DNA of 64,000 nucleotides, from assembly GCA_965372715.1 (NCBI GenBank), contig CBDVDH010000004.1, positions 1-64,000 of the forward strand, written 5' to 3'. Of the stretch, positions 28,899-37,118 are shown piece after piece (the stretch's first letter is position 1; each line of letters begins with the position of its first letter). The notes below the pieces were generated by a model, which was not told where the DNA came from, did no database searches, and saw only the letters and a program-made list of their open reading frames with translations. The position numbers and the translations under genes are program-made. This DNA is from an uncultured bacterium (GTDB lineage Bacteria; B130-G9).

Positions 28899-30252
28899 AC
28901 AGAAAACAACTTTGCTTCTTCTTATTCTCACTGCGAGTGTTTGTCACACTCAGCTGATAGAGGCCTATCCCTGGATTCACTACTTCCAAAGGCCGGAGAT
29001 GCCTCGGATCCACTGCGCTTTCGCAGATCCGGAAGGCAATGTGATTGTTGCCACCGGAGACTGGGACAATACGCGTGCGGGCTATCCTGGGACATACTGG
29101 CATGAATACTGGTCCGAGGGCATTTTTCTCATCAATGAGGATTGCATTGAGACGATACGGGGACCAGCCAACCTTTATGTCAATGATTTCGCGGTTGGCG
29201 CCGGAGGGCGAGTCTGGGCGATGGTGCGAACAGGCCAAGATTACATGGTGGAGACGGCTGCGCTTGATCGAGCAGCAGAGGCGCAGTGTGGCCCAGAATC
29301 GGTGTTTTCCCAGCGCGGCGGGAGCTCGAGCGGGAGCATTGTTGTTGACGGCAGACTGGCCTATCTCGTAGATGGTGCCCTCGTCGAATATCCTGGCCTC
29401 ATTGATGAGATTCCATATTGGGCCACAACATTGACATCAGATGCCCAGGGTCGGTTGTTTTTGATGAGCGGCGTGCGCCCAGATGAGTATCACTTCTATG
29501 AATGCGCGCTATCCTGGTGGGATGGCGAGGAACCGATAGAGATTCACACTTTCGACTTCAGCGACATTATCCCGGATGCGGAGATGGTGGGGCAATATCC
29601 GGTGTTTGGGCCGGATGGCTTAGTATATATCCCAACACTGTATTCCTTGGATGAGGAGTCGAGAACGTGCGCGATCCTGTCCCTGAATCTCGAGACGGAG
29701 GAGTGGCAGCTGTTTACCGGTGCAGAGAATCCCCTGCTAGACTCGAAGTTACGGTATTTCTATGTGGACCAGATGAATAGGAGATGGTTCGGCACTGAGG
29801 ACGGGCTGGTCCTCTTTGACGGCGAAAACTGGGCGCGATTTACGACCATTAACAGCAACATTCCCTATGACAGAGTCATAGAGATCGATTTCGACAACCT
29901 GAGTGATTGCTATTATGTGTTATGCAGAGAGGCCGGTGCAACAGGACCCGGGGGCTGGCCCAGGAGGGCATTGACCATATTACATTCCAATGGTCAGTTC
30001 TGTGATCCTCCTTTCCATTTCGATGGGCTGTGGGTATCAAGCCCAGGGGATCACGTTTTCAGGGATTGCCGAGACGTCTGGTGGTTCCAACACATCGCGG
30101 AGTCATCTATTGTATATTCTTATGACCATCAGCAAGTCATGACGTGGGACACCCGGGACTGGATTGAGGATTCTTTAGGAGGAGACTATATCGGCTCAAC
30201 CGCCAACGGGCGTAACTTCTCCGTGGAATCCAAGTGGATAATGATCTGGTAG
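28879..30252 (+). CDS. cassette gene B2, secreted probable beta-propeller
   Basis: Paralog of B1 (YPWIHYFQRPEMPRI.CAFADPEGNV...WSEGIFLINED); signal peptide; 20-nt overlap with A2; ends MIW. Confidence 0.85.
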   Translation: MTFVRIKQKTTLLLLILTASVCHTQLIEAYPWIHYFQRPEMPRIHCAFADPEGNVIVATGDWDNTRAGYPGTYWHEYWSEGIFLINEDCIETIRGPANLYVNDFAVGAGGRVWAMVRTGQDYMVETAALDRAAEAQCGPESVFSQRGGSSSGSIVVDGRLAYLVDGALVEYPGLIDEIPYWATTLTSDAQGRLFLMSGVRPDEYHFYECALSWWDGEEPIEIHTFDFSDIIPDAEMVGQYPVFGPDGLVYIPTLYSLDEESRTCAILSLNLETEEWQLFTGAENPLLDSKLRYFYVDQMNRRWFGTEDGLVLFDGENWARFTTINSNIPYDRVIEIDFDNLSDCYYVLCREAGATGPGGWPRRALTILHSNGQFCDPPFHFDGLWVSSPGDHVFRDCRDVWWFQHIAESSIVYSYDHQQVMTWDTRDWIEDSLGGDYIGSTANGRNFSVESKWIMIW

Positions 30253-30791
30253 GAGGATTCCTGACCTCTGAGAAGATCGAGGTGAGGCGCGTGGTGACCG
30301 CGATCGTGTCGGGGATTCCGGAGCATCTTAGGACGTGCGAGGTTTGCCTTCGCTCGCAGGGCGAGAACAGGGCTAACGAGCCATTGTGGGAGCGCCGCGA
30401 TAAGTTTCTATTTGAACCGTTCACAGATGGGAATGGCGGGCCCTACATCGCGGCCAAGGTAACATTCAACAACGTCCCTATCGGCTGGGCGGAGTTGATG
30501 ATCGGGGCGGAGGGCTACAGGAAGATGACGATGAAGGTCTTCGTGACGCCCGACATCTGGTGCAAGTATGAGAACGGAAGGTGGTATCTGCTGCCGCCGA
30601 CGGAGGAGGCGCTGCCGCTCACGGAGCTCACGGGTGAGCCGCGACCGGTGGTCGAGCCGATACTCCCCGACGAGGGCGTCTATCACATCCGCGCTGCGCT
30701 CTGGAAGCAGTCCGACGGCTACTTCCACGGCACTAGATACGACCCAGCCGGTGAGCTCTTCCCCATGACATCTAAGGTCGATGCCAGCTGA
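30234..30791 (+). pseudogene. cassette gene A3, 3'-truncated, with no partner B
   Basis: Homology to A1/A2 stops after GYF..RYDP; the NYGANDPWF, CGPNNEDP and EPIGEI motifs are missing. Confidence 0.7.
30284..30553 (+). repeat. 270-bp constant block, copy 3
   Basis: About 5 mismatches to copy 2, four of them non-synonymous. Confidence 0.95.
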
Positions 30792-30840
30792 CCCAACCAT
30801 CTCCGCCTGCCTGATCGTCCGTGACGAAGGTGCGTACCGC
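30781..30840 (+). pseudogene. N-terminal fragment of a family-2 glycosyltransferase (tentative)
   Basis: PTISACLIVRDE matches the GT2 first-strand motif; the frame then runs into repeat DNA. Confidence 0.5.
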
Positions 30841-30924
30841 GCACGAGATGCAGATTCAGCCGAGGCCGCGGGCGTCGGCTCGCACGTGCCGAGCGCGCCT
30901 CAGTCGGAAAGGGGGAGAAAGGGG

Positions 30925-31011
30925 AATCCGCCGACGCCAAGGCTATGGCGGACAAGGGGGCAAGGGGTCAATAGGTCAATCCGCCGACGCCAAGGCTATG
31001 GCGGACAAGGG
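30925..31011. repeat. two direct copies of a 34-bp palindromic element
   Basis: aatccgccgacgccaaggctatggcggacaaggg at 30925 and 30978 (tccgcc...ggcgga stem). Confidence 0.9.
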
Positions 31012-31310
31012 CGTGGAGCAGGTGTTTCTTGGGCAGCGCCTGCTGAGACCGCAGCGGATTCTTAAGGAGCCAGACTGACCGTCTGCGGCAGGAATTGTCT
31101 GGTTACTCGTTCGCGCGTTTGCCAGTTGGGGAACTCCTCCCAAGAAAAGACTTGAATGGCGCAAAAAATAGGGTATGTTAAATGCGGCTGTATTAACGGC
31201 TAACTGATAAGTTTACATTCTATGCTGCATGTCAGACTGGGCAGACTGGCCATAGTGGTGGTTTTGTGTGCATTGGTTGCGGCGTCATGTTATTTGATGG
31301 AGGACCGGAA

Positions 31311-34300
31311 ATGTCATTAAGACGGGTCGCGATCGGTTGCTCGGTATTTGTTTTTCTTATCATTGGTTTGACTATATGCCAGGCCGGCGAATGGTCCGAC
31401 TACGAGATCACTGAGGATACAACTTGGGATGCGAGCGAAAACCCAATTGTCTTGATGCGTGATCTTACCGTTCATAGCGTCAATCCAGATGATCCGAGCG
31501 ACAGGGTCAAGCTGATTATAGGGCCGGGCGTTGTTGTCAAGCTTGCGTCGCATGTTGACATCTTCGTTGATGGCGTAGTGGAGGCGGAGGAGGCGCTTTT
31601 TACCTCGATAAACGACGATACAACGCTTGACGGCGCTTGGGAGGGCAGCACAGGGTCGCCTCAGGTGGGTGACTGGAATTCGATTTACATCTACAACCAC
31701 AATGCCACGTTCTCTGGTTGTACTTTCCGCTACGGCAAGTCGATAGAGATCGAGGATTGCTCACCGAGGCTGTATGGCAACCGTATCGAGATGTTCAGTC
31801 GCTATGGGTTCTACATCGTTGCACGGGACACGCTCGTCAGCCCTGTTATCGAGTGCAACAAGATTTTCGACATCGGTGAGCCTTATACGGACGACAACCC
31901 CGAGAACGGCAAGTTCGACGCTGGCCAAGAGGAGTATCAGGACTTCGACAATAATGATCAGTATGATGCTGGTGTCGCGATCTATTGCTACACTCCTCCT
32001 TCGTCCTTCGGGCCGTGCGTTCCGCTGATAGAGTTTAACCAGATAATCATGAGCACCGATCCTGAGGTTGCTCGCGGCGGCTTGCCGATAGTGTTTGAGA
32101 ACACATTGCCTGTCATGCTTGACGTGGGCGGCGTCCCACAGAACCCGATTCCGGACGGGAACATGATTCGACAGAGGACGAATGACGACAGGTTCGTTTC
32201 CGCGATCGGTATCAAGGGCTACATAAAGCCCGGTGAGCTGGACGATGAGACCGGCGATTATACTTACGTCGAATACTTCCTCCCGCTAGTTGACGACAGG
32301 GCTGTGGCGGCGGGGCAGATATCGCCGATGAATCAGCATCTTCCTTACGTCGTGTTGGAGGACCTCGTCATCGCCGCGGGCTGCGATCTCGCTATTTCGC
32401 CGAACTGCGTGGTAAAGTTCTCCGGGGGCACAAGCCTCGAGATACTGGGCACCATTCAGACTTCCGACCTTCCAGCCTCGCGCAGCTACTTCACGTCGCT
32501 TCACAACAATGCTTCCGGCTTGAGGGTTCCGGGAAGCAACAGCGTCCCCTCGCCAGGGGACTGGTATCAGTTCAGGATATGCTGCAGTGACTGCTTGGTG
32601 AAGAACAGCGACTTCAGCTACGGCACTTTCATCAAGATCGATCAGTGTTGCCCTACATTCATCAACAACACCATCGCCAACTTCTACTTGTATGGCCTGT
32701 ATATCTACGCAGAGGCGCAGCCGGCGAGGCCCGAGGTCTCGCGCAATACAATTCGGGACTGCGGTCACGTCGTAGATGAGGCTAGCGGCATCTATGAGGG
32801 CGGCGGTATATGCCTCGAGACGGGGCGAGATTATCTGGGCCCCTGCGAGCCGACGCTTCAGGACAACCGGATTCAGAGCAATCACGGCTATCCGTTGACT
32901 CTCTTGGGCACGTGCGATCCGCTTTACATCAACAACACATTGATGAGTAATGCCTATCGTGCTGTGGCGATTGGCGGCACGATTCGGGGCCGCGGCGCCA
33001 CTTGGGATGACGTAACTGGTTTCCATTATCCTTACGTTGTCATCGACCCGGTGGTAATAGCCGGTGGATACAGAAGCTACGGGCTTTCCACGGCTATCAT
33101 ATCAAGCGACCCGGTCGGCGGCGTTTTCGACACGCTTGTTGACGCAACCGCCGACTGGAAGGAGAACGTTCTCACGGGTTCTATGCTGTGCCCAAATACG
33201 GAGCGAGAAGAGCAGTTTGAGATAGTCTCCAACACTCGCACGGCGATCTTGGTTGGTTCCGACATGTCCGGCGTTGCTGATAGCGGCGACCCTTATGAGT
33301 TCGTCGTGGAAGACACCGTTGTGGATGTTCCTCTTGGGACGATAATCAAGATGGCCAAGGACATGAGCATCTACGTTAAGGGCCAGCTTGTCTTGAACGG
33401 CACGACTCGGGACAGGATTCATTTCACGTCCTTCAATGACGACGCTGCCGGCGGCTCGGTTCTTCTTTCGGGTTCCACGCCGATGCCACAGCCCGGTGAC
33501 TGGGAGTTCTTCAAGTGCGAGAACGACAAGAATAAGATCGAGGAATGCGTCTTCAAGTATGGCACGTCGATATTCATAGACAGCTGCTCGCCGCTGATTC
33601 AGCACAATTCCATTGCTCTGTTCTCGAGGGCCGGCATTCACTGCTACGCACACAGCGGAAAGGCGTCACCCTCCATACTCAACAACGCGATCATGTGCAA
33701 TCGCAACGGCGTGCGCTGCGAGACCGACCCGGGATTCACTGACCCGCACGGCGCGACCCCGATGATCCATTCCAACGACATCGTGAGCAATGAGGAGTTT
33801 GGAGTGGTGAACCTTCAGGAGGGGGCCGCGATAGACGCCGTCCTGAACTGGTGGGGCGCGGTAGATGGGCCGGCGGGCGTCGGAACCGGTACCGGCGACC
33901 ACGTCAATGAGGGCGTGGTCTTCGAGCCGTTTCAGGACGAGGCAAACTTCGAGGTCGATTCTGCGCCTCCCGTGTTCTCGGATATATTCCCCGCGCCACA
34001 TTCGGTGGATGTCGATACAAGCACGATCATCATGTTGACGGTTACGGACGTCGGCAAGGGCGTGGATACCAACTCGGTCTCGATAAGGGTCGATCATGAT
34101 GATGGCGAGGGTTTTGTCTATGTGATGAAAGATGGCGAGGACGTTCAGTATAACGGCGGATATGTTACCCGAGATGATGTGGGAAACGGCTATCGCTATA
34201 GTTATGTTCCGGGACGCGCTTTCGCTGCTGGACGGCAGATATGCGTGAAGATGCGTGTTTCGGACCTCGAGCTGTGCCCCAACAGCTCGGAGTATTCGTT

Positions 34301-36851
34301 CTGCTTCTGGACGGGTCGAAGTATTGGGCTTGCGTTTGGCCGGGTGGAGCCTGAGATCGGGACCACCAGGACGCAGTTCACGTATAGCGTTGACTTCTTC
34401 GACAGGGACCTCGCTGCTCCAGTATCCGCGCTGGTCTATATAGACAACATGCCTCGCAGCATGGCGTTTGTGGCGGGCGACCCGTGGGAGGGGACTTACT
34501 CCTATACCACGTCCATGAAGGTTGGCTATCACACGTTCTACTTCGAGTTTGAGGGCGGAGGCGGCGCGGGAGTGGTGTGGCTGCCAGAGTTTGGCGAAGT
34601 TCCGCCTTATTTCTATGGCCCGACGGTTCTTTCAGATGAAAGGACCGAGATTTGGCCGATGTTCAGGCACGATCCAGACCACAGCGGCAGCTCTCCTGTT
34701 GTGGCCACCTCGGCGCCAACGCTCAACTGGAGCTTCGTTGCGGGCAGCTATATAATCTCGTCCCCCGTCGTAGATGCCGACAACACCGTTTACTTCGGCT
34801 GCTGCGACGGCAATGTCTATGCGATCAACACCGATGGGACGGTCAAGTGGGCGGTCAGCACGGGCGATTATGTCGCGAGCACACCAGCTCTTGCCGAGGA
34901 TGGCAGTTTGTACATCGGTTCTGGCGATCGCTACTTCTACTCTTTCGATCAAGAGGGCGCGCTGAACTGGTCCTATAAGACCGGCGGCGTTTTAGATTCA
35001 TCTCCCGTGATCGGTATCGACGGGAACGTCTATTTCGGCTGCAACGACAGCTATCTGTATTCAATGACGCCCGACGGCGAGCTGAGGTGGCGATTCAATA
35101 CCGGCAGCTGGGTAACCTCTTCGCCCGCGATATGGTTTGACGGCACGGTCTTCTTTGGGTCCGACGACAACAAACTTTACGCGGTTCGGCACGACGGGAA
35201 CCTGCGCTGGAGCTACGATACGGGCGACGTTATTACGTCCTCGCCGGTTGTAGGTCCTAACGCGACAATATATGTGGGCGCGGGCTATCAAATACTCGCC
35301 ATCAACTCCGACGGGACGCTCAAGTGGCGAGTTAATGCCGACAACATCGTGCATTCGTCGCCAGCGCTATCTCAAGATGGCGTGCTTTACGTGGGCTCTT
35401 ACGACCACAAGCTCTACGCGATCGATGCTGAGACGGGAACGATAGACTGGACCTACGCCGCAAACAACATCATCCACACCTCGCCTGCGATCGACGGGAA
35501 CGGCAACGTTCTATTCGGCTCGCACGACGGCAACCTCTACTGCGTTGGCAAGGACGGCACGCTGATGTGGCGTTTCTACGATCCGGTCAGGCCTGGTTAT
35601 GGCTTTGACGTTCACAGCTCACCAGCGATTGGGCCAGACGGCAGCGTCTATTTCGGGTCTGAGGAGAAGTTATACGCTTTGAAAGACCTGCCAGTGCATA
35701 ACTCCGCCCCGACGCTTTCGGATGCGACGTATGGTCCGTCCGGCAGAAGCGCGACGAGATACGAGTTCAAGATCCACTACTTCGACAGGGAGCTCGAGCC
35801 GCCGTCGGTGGCGAAGGTCATCGTAGATGACGCGGAGTATGCGCTCTCCCACTGTTCGGGAGAGGCGGCCAACGGCTACTACGCTACGAACATCATGCTC
35901 ACGCCCGGGGAGCACACTCACTATTTTCTCTTCGCCGATGCGACGAGCAAGACGGCGAGGTTCCCCGCGGTTGGCGCAATCGATGGCCCAGATATTGAGG
36001 AAGGCTCGCAGGGGACAACTCCTTCCGCCCGCTCGGTGCCTCCAACGGTCTGGATGGCAGGCTACTTCGGCTCTCACGTCTCCGAGCGGCTTGGAGGCCG
36101 GCTCCACATGGTAGCGTATTGCACCGATCCTGACGACGATATCGCTCGCGTCGATCTTTGCTTAAAAGGCGAGGCGCTCGTGCCGCTCCTTGACGACGGC
36201 GAGTCGCAGGACGGCCTTGCCGGGGACGGGATATACGCCTGTTTCGTGGAGGTCAAGCCCGGACTTCGGGCGGGTCTTCATCTGTATGAGGTTATAGCGA
36301 CCGACGCCGATGGGAATATGAGCAACGTCTGGCCTTACGTGACGATCGACGATTATCCGCAGTTCGACCTCCCGGGGCTCCGGAGCACATCACCTGGCGC
36401 CATTCCCGGTATTGGAACGTCTTCACCCGTTGGTGGAGAGCCGGCGCCAAGGCTAAGCCTGAATCTCCAGAACTACATTCTGGACTCGATTCGAGGCGTC
36501 TCAAGCCGGAACGTGGGGCCCGAGCCAGAGATACTCCTCGCCGGTTTTGGCAGCTGCAAGATCGACCAGGACACGGGTGGGACGCTCTTCCTCAACGTTA
36601 TCGTCAACGACCCCGATGGGCCTTCGGACATCGCCTCGGTCGAGGCCGGGAAGTCGGTCTATGACGCGGGCGATTTCGACTTCGGGACCGTTCAGCTTGA
36701 TTCGCTTACCGGCGACGGCCACAGGACCTATTATGGCGCCAGATGCCGCATCTCTGGCGGCGAGCGAGGCCATCATCTGATAGAGATTCAAGCGGTGGAC
36801 GAGGGCGGCAACCGCAGCACTTCCTTCCCATACCTTGTCGTAACCGACTAG
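31311..36851 (+). CDS. giant secreted multidomain protein (beta-helix repeats, Ig-like modules, PQQ-like beta-propeller, choice-of-anchor X-like motif)
   Basis: Signal peptide; three FTS.ND...P.PGDW units; about eight SSP.i..DG.vYfGs.D..lYa....G...W blades; LLDDGESQDGLAGDGIY; RBS ggagg. Confidence 0.88.
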   Translation: MSLRRVAIGCSVFVFLIIGLTICQAGEWSDYEITEDTTWDASENPIVLMRDLTVHSVNPDDPSDRVKLIIGPGVVVKLASHVDIFVDGVVEAEEALFTSINDDTTLDGAWEGSTGSPQVGDWNSIYIYNHNATFSGCTFRYGKSIEIEDCSPRLYGNRIEMFSRYGFYIVARDTLVSPVIECNKIFDIGEPYTDDNPENGKFDAGQEEYQDFDNNDQYDAGVAIYCYTPPSSFGPCVPLIEFNQIIMSTDPEVARGGLPIVFENTLPVMLDVGGVPQNPIPDGNMIRQRTNDDRFVSAIGIKGYIKPGELDDETGDYTYVEYFLPLVDDRAVAAGQISPMNQHLPYVVLEDLVIAAGCDLAISPNCVVKFSGGTSLEILGTIQTSDLPASRSYFTSLHNNASGLRVPGSNSVPSPGDWYQFRICCSDCLVKNSDFSYGTFIKIDQCCPTFINNTIANFYLYGLYIYAEAQPARPEVSRNTIRDCGHVVDEASGIYEGGGICLETGRDYLGPCEPTLQDNRIQSNHGYPLTLLGTCDPLYINNTLMSNAYRAVAIGGTIRGRGATWDDVTGFHYPYVVIDPVVIAGGYRSYGLSTAIISSDPVGGVFDTLVDATADWKENVLTGSMLCPNTEREEQFEIVSNTRTAILVGSDMSGVADSGDPYEFVVEDTVVDVPLGTIIKMAKDMSIYVKGQLVLNGTTRDRIHFTSFNDDAAGGSVLLSGSTPMPQPGDWEFFKCENDKNKIEECVFKYGTSIFIDSCSPLIQHNSIALFSRAGIHCYAHSGKASPSILNNAIMCNRNGVRCETDPGFTDPHGATPMIHSNDIVSNEEFGVVNLQEGAAIDAVLNWWGAVDGPAGVGTGTGDHVNEGVVFEPFQDEANFEVDSAPPVFSDIFPAPHSVDVDTSTIIMLTVTDVGKGVDTNSVSIRVDHDDGEGFVYVMKDGEDVQYNGGYVTRDDVGNGYRYSYVPGRAFAAGRQICVKMRVSDLELCPNSSEYSFCFWTGRSIGLAFGRVEPEIGTTRTQFTYSVDFFDRDLAAPVSALVYIDNMPRSMAFVAGDPWEGTYSYTTSMKVGYHTFYFEFEGGGGAGVVWLPEFGEVPPYFYGPTVLSDERTEIWPMFRHDPDHSGSSPVVATSAPTLNWSFVAGSYIISSPVVDADNTVYFGCCDGNVYAINTDGTVKWAVSTGDYVASTPALAEDGSLYIGSGDRYFYSFDQEGALNWSYKTGGVLDSSPVIGIDGNVYFGCNDSYLYSMTPDGELRWRFNTGSWVTSSPAIWFDGTVFFGSDDNKLYAVRHDGNLRWSYDTGDVITSSPVVGPNATIYVGAGYQILAINSDGTLKWRVNADNIVHSSPALSQDGVLYVGSYDHKLYAIDAETGTIDWTYAANNIIHTSPAIDGNGNVLFGSHDGNLYCVGKDGTLMWRFYDPVRPGYGFDVHSSPAIGPDGSVYFGSEEKLYALKDLPVHNSAPTLSDATYGPSGRSATRYEFKIHYFDRELEPPSVAKVIVDDAEYALSHCSGEAANGYYATNIMLTPGEHTHYFLFADATSKTARFPAVGAIDGPDIEEGSQGTTPSARSVPPTVWMAGYFGSHVSERLGGRLHMVAYCTDPDDDIARVDLCLKGEALVPLLDDGESQDGLAGDGIYACFVEVKPGLRAGLHLYEVIATDADGNMSNVWPYVTIDDYPQFDLPGLRSTSPGAIPGIGTSSPVGGEPAPRLSLNLQNYILDSIRGVSSRNVGPEPEILLAGFGSCKIDQDTGGTLFLNVIVNDPDGPSDIASVEAGKSVYDAGDFDFGTVQLDSLTGDGHRTYYGARCRISGGERGHHLIEIQAVDEGGNRSTSFPYLVVTD

Positions 36852-36884
36852 CCGCCTCAGTGGTGTTTGTGTAGGGCTTCGCCG

Positions 36885-37079
36885 CCTGATTGTCGAGATC
36901 AACCGGGAGGCGTTCATTTGAGGTGTGATTGCCGGAATCGGCTTGTAGGGGCGTGGTCTCAGACCCGCCCGCTTATATCAATCCGTCAAAATGGCATTCT
37001 CCACATGGCAATTCATTCGAAAGGGCGGGTCTGAGACCACGCCCCTACGACATCGTGCACTGACTTATGGGACCGCCCC
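36885..37079. repeat. degenerate copy of the REP-doublet MITE-like element
   Basis: Shares gattgtc.agatcaac, cggaatcggc, the REP pair (36945-36970, 37023-37048) and a gacttatgggac end with 7390..7653. Confidence 0.75.
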
Positions 37080-37118
37080 TCTAATTGGCCGGCCCATTCA
37101 TGGGCGTGGAGCGCGGGC

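Noticed and set aside
25834-30553. Diversity-generating retroelement TR/VR pair
   Set aside because: Mismatches between copies are few and not adenine-specific, the repeat lies 5' of the variable part, and no reverse transcriptase is present in the window
30925-31011. Mini CRISPR array
   Set aside because: Only two repeat copies with a 19-bp spacer and no cas genes; a related sequence occurs dispersed inside a gene
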